From Candidatus Magasanikiibacteriota bacterium (GTDB taxonomy: Bacteria; Patescibacteriota; Patescibacteriia; Magasanikbacterales; GWA2-37-8), in assembly GCA_016182085.1 (NCBI GenBank), contig JACOYB010000006.1:88980-152979 (forward strand): a DNA stretch of 64,000 nt, given 5' to 3'. Positions 1 through 7,751 of the stretch are shown here, in pieces. The translations under genes were made by a program, and so were the position numbers. Position 1 is the first letter of the stretch; each line of letters begins with the position of its first letter. The notes beneath the pieces are model-generated. The model saw only the letters and a program-made list of their open reading frames with translations, was not told the origin of the DNA and did no database searches.

Positions 1-158
1 GCAGTCCCAACGGATCTTTCAAGCGTCAACCTCCTGTTTCACTCTGACTCGCGCAGTCATAGTGAGGTGGGGGGTGTTGTTATTTTAAAATGACTTTTGA
101 ACAAATGAGGGGTTGACATTTTCTTCAAAATCCTTTAGTATTAGTCCATATTTAGTTT

Positions 159-503
159 ATGCTGCCAAATAACAGCAAGCCAGATTCCTGGCGAAAATCC
201 TTAAAATTGATCAGTCAGTGCCCGGTTTGCAATCGCGACTACCAGTCCGAAGCGATCAAATTATTCGCCAGCGGAAGCGAAGCTAAATTTGTGCACTTTA
301 CTTGCGGCAGCTGCCAGACGTATTTTGTGGCAATGGTTATGACGCTTGCCAAAGGCATCAGTACTGTTGGCATGATTACAGACCTCAGTTTTCAAGACGT
401 ACAAAAATTATATACCATACCGCCGCTTACGATAGATGAAATAATAGAAGGACGGCAATTTATAAACAGCGTAGATTTTATCACCGCCATTGGGCGGGTT
501 TAA
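159..503 (+). CDS. hypothetical small protein with two CxxC pairs (zinc-ribbon-like)
   Basis: 114-aa ORF. CPVC...CGSC motifs. A TTGACA-17-TAGTAT promoter-like sequence lies at ~113-142. Confidence 0.4.
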   Translation: MLPNNSKPDSWRKSLKLISQCPVCNRDYQSEAIKLFASGSEAKFVHFTCGSCQTYFVAMVMTLAKGISTVGMITDLSFQDVQKLYTIPPLTIDEIIEGRQFINSVDFITAIGRV

Positions 504-568
504 TAAGCAGAAGGAGCACAGATGAGCAACCGCAAAATCTGAAGTCCGAAAGCAAATGTAATAAATAT

Positions 569-1267
569 ATGACCCTAAAATTATCAGCCAAAGTTCGTGA
601 AGCTAAAGGAGAAAAAGTCCGCACTAAAATTGTATTGCCAGCGGTTGTTTATGGTATGGGCGATAAAGCAAATTCGTTAACTGTAAATTATGACGAATTT
701 GTAAAATTATATAACGAAGCCGGTGAAGCCAGTTTGATTGATTTGTTTGTGGAGGATAAGGCTGACGGTAAAGTGCTTGTCCAAGATATTCAATATGATC
801 CGGTAACCGATCGCATGGTGCATGTGGATTTGCGCCGCATTGATATGAATAAAGAAATGACCGCGACTGTTGAGCTTCGTTTTATTGGTGAAGCGCCAGT
901 AATCAAGGAACAGGGCGGCACCTTGATGAATGCCATCAGTTCCGTTGAAGTAAAATGTTTGCCGAAAGATTTGGTTTCTCATATTGATGTTGATGTATCC
1001 GTACTTAAGACCTTTGATGATGTGGTAAAAGTAAAAAATTTGCCAGTTCCAGCCGGAATTACGATTACAAGCCCTCACGAAGAGGATCTGGTAGCCAAAG
1101 CTACTCCAGCTATGACCGAAGAAGAAATCAAAGCTATGGAAGCTGTTTCGGCCCCAGTTGATTTGAGCAAGATTGAAAGTGCCGGCAAGAAGAAAGAAGA
1201 AGAGGGTGAAGCTGCGGTTGAAGGCGCTGAGGCCGGTGAAAAGAAAGAAGAAGGTAAAAAAGAATAA
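569..1267 (+). CDS. rplY: 50S ribosomal protein L25/general stress protein Ctc, with Lys/Glu-rich C-terminal tail
   Basis: N-terminal L25 and beta-barrel Ctc domains recognisable (KLSAKVRE...VVYG...VQDIQYDPVTD..VHVDL). The acidic/basic tail is typical of Ctc-form L25. Confidence 0.85.
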   Translation: MTLKLSAKVREAKGEKVRTKIVLPAVVYGMGDKANSLTVNYDEFVKLYNEAGEASLIDLFVEDKADGKVLVQDIQYDPVTDRMVHVDLRRIDMNKEMTATVELRFIGEAPVIKEQGGTLMNAISSVEVKCLPKDLVSHIDVDVSVLKTFDDVVKVKNLPVPAGITITSPHEEDLVAKATPAMTEEEIKAMEAVSAPVDLSKIESAGKKKEEEGEAAVEGAEAGEKKEEGKKE

Positions 1268-1290
1268 GATTAATCTTCCCAAAACTCAAG

Positions 1291-1321
1291 AAACAGACTA
1301 TACTATGTATAGTCTGTTTTC
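1291..1321 (+). terminator. rho-independent terminator after rplY (stem AACAGACTATA/TATAGTCTGTT + T-run)
   Basis: 11-bp perfect stem followed by TTTT. Seen directly in sequence. Confidence 0.6.
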
Positions 1322-1328
1322 GTAATAT

Positions 1329-2390
1329 ATGCCTAAATCTAAACCAAAAAAACCATCTCATCTGCACTATTTTTTTAGCGCCATTGCCCTTTCTTTACTG
1401 GGAGTAGCCGGTGTTTTATGTGTTGGTTTTTATTCATTAAATTTTTCTCAAGCCACCACTAACGAAGTTACAATCAGTGCCGTGCGATATATGCACGGGC
1501 TTGATGGAACCGCAGTAAAGAAAAAATCCGATACCGCGTTTCAGGTAGTGGGGGTAATGATAGACAACCATCCGGACGCATATCCGCAAGCAGGGATTTC
1601 TAAAGCAAAAATAGTCTATGAAACGATGGTAGAGGGGGGCATTACCCGATATTTTGCGATCTTTGACAGCAAGCAAAATATAGCTGAAGTTGGTCCGGTG
1701 CGCAGCGCGCGGCTGTACTTTTTAGACTGGATCTCAGAATATGGCGACGGCCTCTATGTCCATTCTGGCGGTTCGCCGCAAGCGCTGGCTGCCATTGCTC
1801 CCCGCAAGATTTTTGATGCCAATGAATTTTTTTTAGGCCAGTATTTTTGGCGCAGTTCCAGTTATTTTGCTCCGCATAATTTGTTTATAAGCAGCGATAA
1901 TTGGAATAAAATTATCGCAAAAAACGGAAGCAAAAATAAGTTGTTTACCGCGGATAAGGCGTGGAAATATTCAAACATTGTTGGCAAAACAATCGGTAAG
2001 AGCGGCAAAATAATCATCCCGTTTAGTATCGGGTATGACATTATGTGGAGCTATGACGCAAAAAATTTAAATTATTTGCGCAGTATTAATGGCAGAGTGC
2101 ATATAGATAAAGATAAATCTGAAGTCCGCGCCAGAAATATTGTGGTACAGTTTGCCGATGTAAGCGCTATCAGCAATGATGACGCTGGCCGTCAGGAAAT
2201 AGAAACAGTCGGCAGCGGTGATGCTATAATCCTCAAAAAAGGCTCAGTTACTTATGGCACCTGGAAGAAAAAATCCACTACAGACAGGACCAGGTTTTAT
2301 GATAAAGCGGGTAAAGAGATAGTGTTAACACCGGGCAATACCTGGGTAGAGGTGGTGCCAAAAGAAACCAAGGCGCAAGTTGGAGTGTAA
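1329..2390 (+). CDS. membrane-anchored DUF3048 (YerB-like) domain protein
   Basis: N-terminal TM/signal anchor. Central VVGVMIDNHPDAYPQAGISKAKIVYE..GGITRYFAIFDS region recalls the DUF3048 family. Family assignment is from memory. Confidence 0.45.
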   Translation: MPKSKPKKPSHLHYFFSAIALSLLGVAGVLCVGFYSLNFSQATTNEVTISAVRYMHGLDGTAVKKKSDTAFQVVGVMIDNHPDAYPQAGISKAKIVYETMVEGGITRYFAIFDSKQNIAEVGPVRSARLYFLDWISEYGDGLYVHSGGSPQALAAIAPRKIFDANEFFLGQYFWRSSSYFAPHNLFISSDNWNKIIAKNGSKNKLFTADKAWKYSNIVGKTIGKSGKIIIPFSIGYDIMWSYDAKNLNYLRSINGRVHIDKDKSEVRARNIVVQFADVSAISNDDAGRQEIETVGSGDAIILKKGSVTYGTWKKKSTTDRTRFYDKAGKEIVLTPGNTWVEVVPKETKAQVGV

Positions 2391-2393
2391 CAA

Positions 2394-3332
2394 TTAAACC
2401 TGCGCTATAACCAGACGATCAAGACCGGCCAGGTCTTTTTTAATTTTTACATTTGCTTTAGGCAAGAGTTTGTTTAGTATTTTTGTTATTGCCTCAGATT
2501 GAGACGGGTCAATTTCAAGAAATAGAAACATCTGGCAGGAATTGGGGAGCTTTCTTATTTGGTTTAGAAGTTTTATATAAAGATCCAAGCCGTTATATTG
2601 TGCGACCAGCGCGTTTTTCGGTTCGCGTTGAATTGATGGTTCTGATTTAAATTGAGCTGCGGTTAAATATGGCAGGTTGGCAGTGATTGTTACAAAACAC
2701 GGAGTGCCAAGCAGAAATGGATTTTTTAAAATTGGTTCTAAGAGATTGCCGTGTAGAAAATCTATATTAACTTTGTGCATCTTGGCATTTTTTTTTGCTA
2801 CTTTTAACGCCTTTTTGGAAATATCTGTGGCAAAAATTTGTATGTCATCCCGAACTTGTTTCGGGATCTCCCGGGATGCTGAAACAAGTTCAGCATGACA
2901 GGCGACAGAAATTGGTATGCAGCCACTGCCGGTGCCCACATCTATATATATGATATTGGTATTTTTAGTCTCCATTTCATGGCTAAGAACTTTTATAGCC
3001 TCATCCACCATTAGTTCGGTGTCCGGACGGGGGACAAGCACATGTTTGTTTACAAAAAAATCCAAGTTATAAAATTCTTTGTGGCCGATAATGGCGGCAA
3101 CTGAATAGCCTTTTTTATATAAAAAAATAGCATATCGCAAACGGATATGTTCAACTAAAGATAATTTATACTCTGGGTGAGAATAGAGAAACTCCTTTGG
3201 TTTTTTGATTGTGTCAGCTAACAGCAAGTCAAAATCTAGAGTTGGGAAAGTCTGGTATTTTTTACGCAAGTCGGAAATAGACATATTAATCGTCATCTTC
3301 GTCTTCGTTTCCGGCGTTATCAAATCCAGCAA
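2394..3332 (-). CDS. prmC: release factor glutamine N5-methyltransferase PrmC/HemK
   Basis: [11 protein letters not shown]-binding loop and NLPY (NPPY-type) substrate motif. Overlaps and follows prfA on the same strand, the conserved prfA-prmC operon arrangement. Confidence 0.8.
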   Translation of the reverse strand: MLDLITPETKTKMTINMSISDLRKKYQTFPTLDFDLLLADTIKKPKEFLYSHPEYKLSLVEHIRLRYAIFLYKKGYSVAAIIGHKEFYNLDFFVNKHVLVPRPDTELMVDEAIKVLSHEMETKNTNIIYIDVGTGSGCIPISVACHAELVSASREIPKQVRDDIQIFATDISKKALKVAKKNAKMHKVNIDFLHGNLLEPILKNPFLLGTPCFVTITANLPYLTAAQFKSEPSIQREPKNALVAQYNGLDLYIKLLNQIRKLPNSCQMFLFLEIDPSQSEAITKILNKLLPKANVKIKKDLAGLDRLVIAQV

Positions 3333-4371
3333 ATTCAGCCGCGCGCACGGCGGTAATTATCGGTTCCAAAGCGCCATCCAAAATTTTGGGAATATTGTTC
3401 CAGTTTTGGCGAACGCGGTGGTCGGTAATGCGGTCTTGAGGAAAATTATAAGTGCGGATTTTTTCACTGCGGTCGCCGCTGCCGATTTGGGATCTGCGTT
3501 TTTCGGTAATAACTTTCATTTGCTCTTCGCGCTGGGCGGCGTAAATACGGGCGCGGAGCACAGTCATAGCCTTATCTTTGTTTGCAGTTTGCGAACGTTC
3601 GTCTTGGCACTGCACCATAATGCCGGTCGGAATATGGATAATACGCACCGCTGAATAGGTCGTGTTTACACTCTGTCCGCCCGCCCCGCCCGAACAGAAT
3701 GTGTCTATACGCAAATCTTTTGGTTCAATTTTAATTTCTGTTTCTTCAATTTCTGGAAGTACGGCTACAGTTACCGTAGAAGTATGAATACGTCCGGATT
3801 TTTCGGTATCAGGTACGCGCTGTACGCGGTGCACGCCCATTTCGTATTTCAGATCTTTGTATACATTTCTGCCTTTAATGGAGAAAATAACTTCTTTAAA
3901 GCCTCCAATACCAATACGATTAGCATCAAGCATCTGGGTTTTCCAGCCATGGGAGTCTGCATACCGGCTGTACATGCGGTAGAGTTCAGCGGTAAAAAGC
4001 GCGGACTCGTCGCCGCCCACGCCAGCCCGGATTTCCATAATCACATCTTTTTTATCAAATGGGTCTTGTGGACGCGTCATTTCTTCCAAAGTTTTTTCGA
4101 GGTCGGCTTTTTTTGTTTCCAAATCAGGCAATTCGGCTGCAGCCATTTCTTTGAGTTGCGGGTCGGTTTCGTTGTTTATAATATTTTGTGTTTCAGTTAA
4201 GCCTTTTTCAATCACAGCCAGTTCGTTTATTTTTTCCATGACCGGTTTTAATTCGGTGTATTCCTGAGATGTCTCTTTTATTTTTTTGGAATCATTAAGC
4301 ACGGCCGGATTTTGCAGATCAGCTTCCAGTTGTTTGAATTTTTGTTCTATCTCAAGATATTTTTTTTGCAT
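3286..4371 (-). CDS. prfA: peptide chain release factor 1
   Basis: GGQ motif ([12 protein letters not shown]) and RVQRVP-x-TE anticodon-like tripeptide region. Near full-length colinearity with bacterial RF1. Acidic C-terminal tail. Confidence 0.9.
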   Translation of the reverse strand: MQKKYLEIEQKFKQLEADLQNPAVLNDSKKIKETSQEYTELKPVMEKINELAVIEKGLTETQNIINNETDPQLKEMAAAELPDLETKKADLEKTLEEMTRPQDPFDKKDVIMEIRAGVGGDESALFTAELYRMYSRYADSHGWKTQMLDANRIGIGGFKEVIFSIKGRNVYKDLKYEMGVHRVQRVPDTEKSGRIHTSTVTVAVLPEIEETEIKIEPKDLRIDTFCSGGAGGQSVNTTYSAVRIIHIPTGIMVQCQDERSQTANKDKAMTVLRARIYAAQREEQMKVITEKRRSQIGSGDRSEKIRTYNFPQDRITDHRVRQNWNNIPKILDGALEPIITAVRAAEFAGFDNAGNEDEDDD

Positions 4372-4496
4372 ATGTTTTGTTTAGAGGCTCTTGACCATCT
4401 TTTCACTTTCCTCGCCCGCCAGGGGCTCAGGGATGTTCGCTGCGGCGACCATAACCCGTTCAAAGATAATCAAGAGCCTCTTTCGGGGTAAGTTTT

Positions 4497-4537
4497 ATTA
4501 AAAAAACAGACTAAAAAGTATTATAGTCTGTTTTTTA
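4497..4537. terminator. bidirectional terminator (same stem as the rplY terminator) downstream of rpmE
   Basis: Stem AACAGACTA/TAGTCTGTT flanked by an A-run on one side and a T-run on the other. Confidence 0.55.
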
Positions 4538-4549
4538 AAGTATGAGTAG

Positions 4550-4846
4550 TTATTTTTCAGCTTTGGCAGCTTTTTTAGCTGTCTTTTTGGCAACAGCAAC
4601 CGCTTTCTTTACTTTCTTGCCTTTGCGGGCGGCAGCGGCGGCAGTTTGCTTACTGAATTTTTCTTGGAATTTCTCTACGCGGCGAGCGGTATCAACGAAT
4701 TTCTGTTTGCCGGTATAAAAAGGATGGCACTTGCTGCAAAGTTCCACGCGGATAGATTTCATAGTGCTGCCAGTGGTAAATTTGTTGCCGCAAGCGCACA
4801 CTACTTCTGTATCATTGTGATATTCTGGATGAATGTCTTTCTTCAT
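4550..4846 (-). CDS. rpmE: 50S ribosomal protein L31 with Lys/Ala-rich C-terminal extension
   Basis: MKKDIHPEY...CxC...[10 protein letters not shown] is canonical zinc-binding L31. The last ~35 aa are KA-rich. Confidence 0.85.
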   Translation of the reverse strand: MKKDIHPEYHNDTEVVCACGNKFTTGSTMKSIRVELCSKCHPFYTGKQKFVDTARRVEKFQEKFSKQTAAAAARKGKKVKKAVAVAKKTAKKAAKAEK

Positions 4847-5054
4847 ATGAAATTAAGGTTTCATATATTTGCAGCTCGTTCGGAAAAGGTCGCAAGCAAC
4901 CTTTTCTCTCACTTCACTACAATTATAATTTAGCAAAAATGTTATTTAGTGCTAATATACTAGCATTATATTAAATAAATGTCAACCCCGCTAAGCGGGG
5001 TCAGCCGAGCGCATTATTCATATACAAAGGCTGTTTTTTAAACGAAATTCCACA

Positions 5055-5090
5055 GGTTGACAAACATGCCATTTTGTGGTATTATTTCTC
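5055..5090 (+). promoter_or_regulatory. sigma70-like promoter (TTGACA-17-TATTAT)
   Basis: Consensus -35 and near-consensus -10 with 17-nt spacer. Implies the downstream ORF starts at the internal ATG at 5120. Confidence 0.45.
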
Positions 5091-5119
5091 GTTATTTAAG
5101 ACAAATAATCTATAACTAT

Positions 5120-5515
5120 ATGTCAGAGATTGCCAGCGCTAGAGGTCAGATAGATGCACGACCAAAACGATCTAGCTTACCCAGCGCAGATCAGTTGCCG
5201 TCCATAATGATTGAGAAGGGTCTGGAAGCAGAAGAAAACGCTTTAAAACCAGCTCAAAGTGAAGTTGTGGGTGCAGAATCTGAAAGTGAAGATGAAGTTA
5301 TAAATAAAATGGCTAGTTTAGATGATGAGATAAAGAAAGTGATGGCTACCATTAAAACATATCAAAGTTTTACTAAAACACATGCTTCAAACCCAGATAT
5401 TATGGCTAAGCTAAATGAAGAAAGCAGGGTTTTTGCGGAAAAATATGACAATCTTTTGGCGCAACGGGAGGCTTTAAAATTGAAGCTGAGCAAATTGCGC
5501 GCCGCCAAAAACTAA
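5120..5515 (+). CDS. hypothetical acidic/coiled-coil protein
   Basis: ORF track gives 5057..5515. The promoter inside its 5' end argues for the ATG at 5120. No recognisable domain. Confidence 0.4.
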   Translation: MSEIASARGQIDARPKRSSLPSADQLPSIMIEKGLEAEENALKPAQSEVVGAESESEDEVINKMASLDDEIKKVMATIKTYQSFTKTHASNPDIMAKLNEESRVFAEKYDNLLAQREALKLKLSKLRAAKN

Positions 5516-5644
5516 AGCCATTACAGCTTGACTAATCTTCATTATTAATATATACTCCACCCATCTTAATTTATTCTCGCTAGCCAACTTTTTCCTCCCT
5601 TGGACCACTCCGGGGCAAGGCTAGGAGGCAATAATAAGGAAAAT

Positions 5645-6433
5645 ATGTCAAAGAAAATGCCAACATTGTTGGAAATGCTTAAGGCCGGCGTTCATTTCGG
5701 CCATCAAAAATCACGCTGGCACCCGAAGATGGAACAATTCATCTTTGGTGTTAGAAACGGCGTGCATATTATTGATCTGGAGAAAACTCAGGCTCAAATT
5801 GAGAAAGCTCTAGAATATGTAAGAAACTTGGCCGCAAAGGGTCATGTTATTTTATTTGTGGGCACCAAACGTCAGGCCAGAGAAGCTATTCGCGCCGCGG
5901 CTATGTCTTGCGAAATGCCGTATTTGGTAGAACGCTGGATCGGCGGGCTTTTAACCAACTTTGAAGAAGTAAAACGCCGTTTGAAAAAGTATAAAAACTT
6001 GAAAGAAATGTTTGCCAGCGGTGAAATTGAAAAGTATACCAAAAAAGAACAGGTAGTAATGAAAAAACAATTAGATAAATTGGATAAGTACTTAATCGGT
6101 TTGACTGCTTTGGAAAAATTACCGGATGCAGTATATATTGCCGACATGAGAACTGAAAAAACAGCGCTCGCCGAAACCGAACGCACCGAAGTGCCAACCG
6201 TAGCCGTTTGCGACACCAACACCAATCCAAATAAAGTTAACTATCCGATTCCAGCTAACGATGATGCGGTAAACTCAATTACCATGATCGCTGATTTAAT
6301 TGCCGCAGCTGTAAATGAAGGCAAGAAAGAATTTGAAAAGAAAAAACTTGAAAAAGCTAAAGAAGAACCGGTTGTAAAACAACACGTAGAAAAAATTGAG
6401 AGACGAGCCTTGAAAAAAGAGGAGTCAGTCTAG
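5645..6433 (+). CDS. rpsB: 30S ribosomal protein S2
   Basis: LKAGVHFGHQ..RWHPKM..IFG.RNGVHIIDL signature. AGGAGG lies ~15 nt upstream of the ATG at 5645 (ORF track start 5600 is probably too far upstream). Charged KE-rich C-terminal tail. Confidence 0.9.
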   Translation: MSKKMPTLLEMLKAGVHFGHQKSRWHPKMEQFIFGVRNGVHIIDLEKTQAQIEKALEYVRNLAAKGHVILFVGTKRQAREAIRAAAMSCEMPYLVERWIGGLLTNFEEVKRRLKKYKNLKEMFASGEIEKYTKKEQVVMKKQLDKLDKYLIGLTALEKLPDAVYIADMRTEKTALAETERTEVPTVAVCDTNTNPNKVNYPIPANDDAVNSITMIADLIAAAVNEGKKEFEKKKLEKAKEEPVVKQHVEKIERRALKKEESV

Positions 6434-6539
6434 CGCTTCTTCATTATTACCCCAAACTTGTTTTGGAAATTCTCTCGTAGTAAAATATAGATGCTGAAAA
6501 TTTGTTCAGCATGACAGGTTATTATTAAACAAAAATTAT

Positions 6540-7412
6540 ATGTCAATCACAGCCGCAGATGTAGCCAAGCTCCGAACACTTACTGGCGCCGGTATGATGG
6601 ATTGCAAAAAAGCTTTGGACGAAGCAAACGGTGATATGGAAAAAGCCGGAGAAATTTTGCGTAAAAAAGGAATTGTGAAAGCTGCTAAAAGAACAGATAA
6701 AATCGCAGCTGAAGGCACCACCCAGGTAAAAGTAAATGGCGACACAGCTGTAGTTTTGGAAGTAAACTCCGAAACTGATTTTGTGGCGCAAAATGAAGAC
6801 TTCAAAAAGATGGTAGAAAATTTTGCCGATGCGCTGCTTGAGCAAAAACCGCAAAGTTTGGAGGGAGCCATGGCAGTTACCGCTGGAGGTAAAACCCTTC
6901 AGGAGCACTTGAACGATCTAACCGCTAAGATCGGTGAAAAGATTTCTTTGCGCCGTTTCATGGTAGTAGAGAAAACAGCTGGGGATGTTTTTGGCGCCTA
7001 TTCACATTTGGGCGGCAGGATTTCAGTGTTAGTAGTGCTAAAAAATAGTACTCACGCCGGTTTGGCTGCAGATATCGCCATGCACGCGGCTGCTTCTAAT
7101 CCAAAATATATAAGTCGCGATCAAGTTCCGGCAGGTATCGTAGAAAAGGAAAAGGAAATTTATGTTGAGCAGCTTAAGCAGCAGGGTAAGCCCGAAGCTG
7201 CCATCCCTAATATTTTAAAAGGCAAGTTAGATAAGTTCTATAGTGAAATTTGTCTGATGGAGCAAGCTTTTATTAAAGATGAGGAAAAAACCGTGCAAAA
7301 GTTATTAGGCGAGAGTATGTCTGTAGCCACAATGGTTCGCTTTGAATTGGGTGAAGGAATAGAGAAGGAAAAGACAGATTTTGCCGCCGAAGTGGAAGCG
7401 CAGCTGAAATAA
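6540..7412 (+). CDS. tsf: elongation factor Ts
   Basis: N-terminal UBA-like AxxVKxLRxxTGAGMMDCKKAL motif. Conserved rpsB-tsf gene order. Confidence 0.9.
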   Translation: MSITAADVAKLRTLTGAGMMDCKKALDEANGDMEKAGEILRKKGIVKAAKRTDKIAAEGTTQVKVNGDTAVVLEVNSETDFVAQNEDFKKMVENFADALLEQKPQSLEGAMAVTAGGKTLQEHLNDLTAKIGEKISLRRFMVVEKTAGDVFGAYSHLGGRISVLVVLKNSTHAGLAADIAMHAAASNPKYISRDQVPAGIVEKEKEIYVEQLKQQGKPEAAIPNILKGKLDKFYSEICLMEQAFIKDEEKTVQKLLGESMSVATMVRFELGEGIEKEKTDFAAEVEAQLK

Positions 7413-7425
7413 ATTTTTACTTTAA

Positions 7426-7462
7426 ATAAACCCTCGGGCTAACCGGGGGTTTATTTATATTT
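7426..7462 (+). terminator. rho-independent terminator after tsf
   Basis: AAACCCTCGGGCTAACCGGGGGTTT hairpin followed by a T-rich run. Confidence 0.5.
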
Positions 7463-7639
7463 TATTATTAGTTGAATTTAAGTTATCCACTGTTTTTATG
7501 TTGCAGAAGTTTTTTTTAAAAAAGTATGGTATACTAAAGCCAAATTAAATAACTTCTTCCAAAATGGCGCTTGTCACGTTTGTTATGGATTCTTAAAAGA
7601 AAAGGATTTTACCGATCCGGTTTTTTATTTTTTAAAAAT

Positions 7640-7751
7640 TAAAAACATTTAATTCAAACCACTCACTCATTTCGTATATACTAAGGTATATACTCATTCG
7701 TTCGGAACTAAATTAAAAACATTTAATTTAATTTACTCACTCATTTCGTAT
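7640..7751 (+). promoter_or_regulatory. tandemly duplicated hairpin+box leader element upstream of giant surface protein gene
   Basis: Two copies of AAAAACATTTAATT..ACTCACTCATTTCGTATAT. The second copy ends at the ATG. Copy 2 contains the hairpin AAATTAAA-aaca-TTTAATTT. Confidence 0.5.

Noticed and set aside
1-110. GC-rich first 110 nt (GCAGTCCCAACGGATCTTTCAAGCG...AGTGAGGTGGGGGGTG) as the 3' end of an RNA gene
   Set aside because: The window cuts it off. I cannot match it to rRNA/tmRNA/RNase P termini from memory, so no call.
707-1367. Minus-strand ORFs of 191 and 77 aa overlapping rplY
   Set aside because: Antisense to a well-supported ribosomal protein gene. Low-complexity Phe/Leu-rich translation typical of reverse-frame reading of Lys/Glu-rich coding sequence.
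3205-4200. Plus-strand ORFs (149 and 138 aa) inside prfA
   Set aside because: Antisense to RF1. No start context and no recognisable fold.
5872-6908. Minus-strand ORFs within rpsB and tsf
   Set aside because: Antisense shadows of highly conserved genes.
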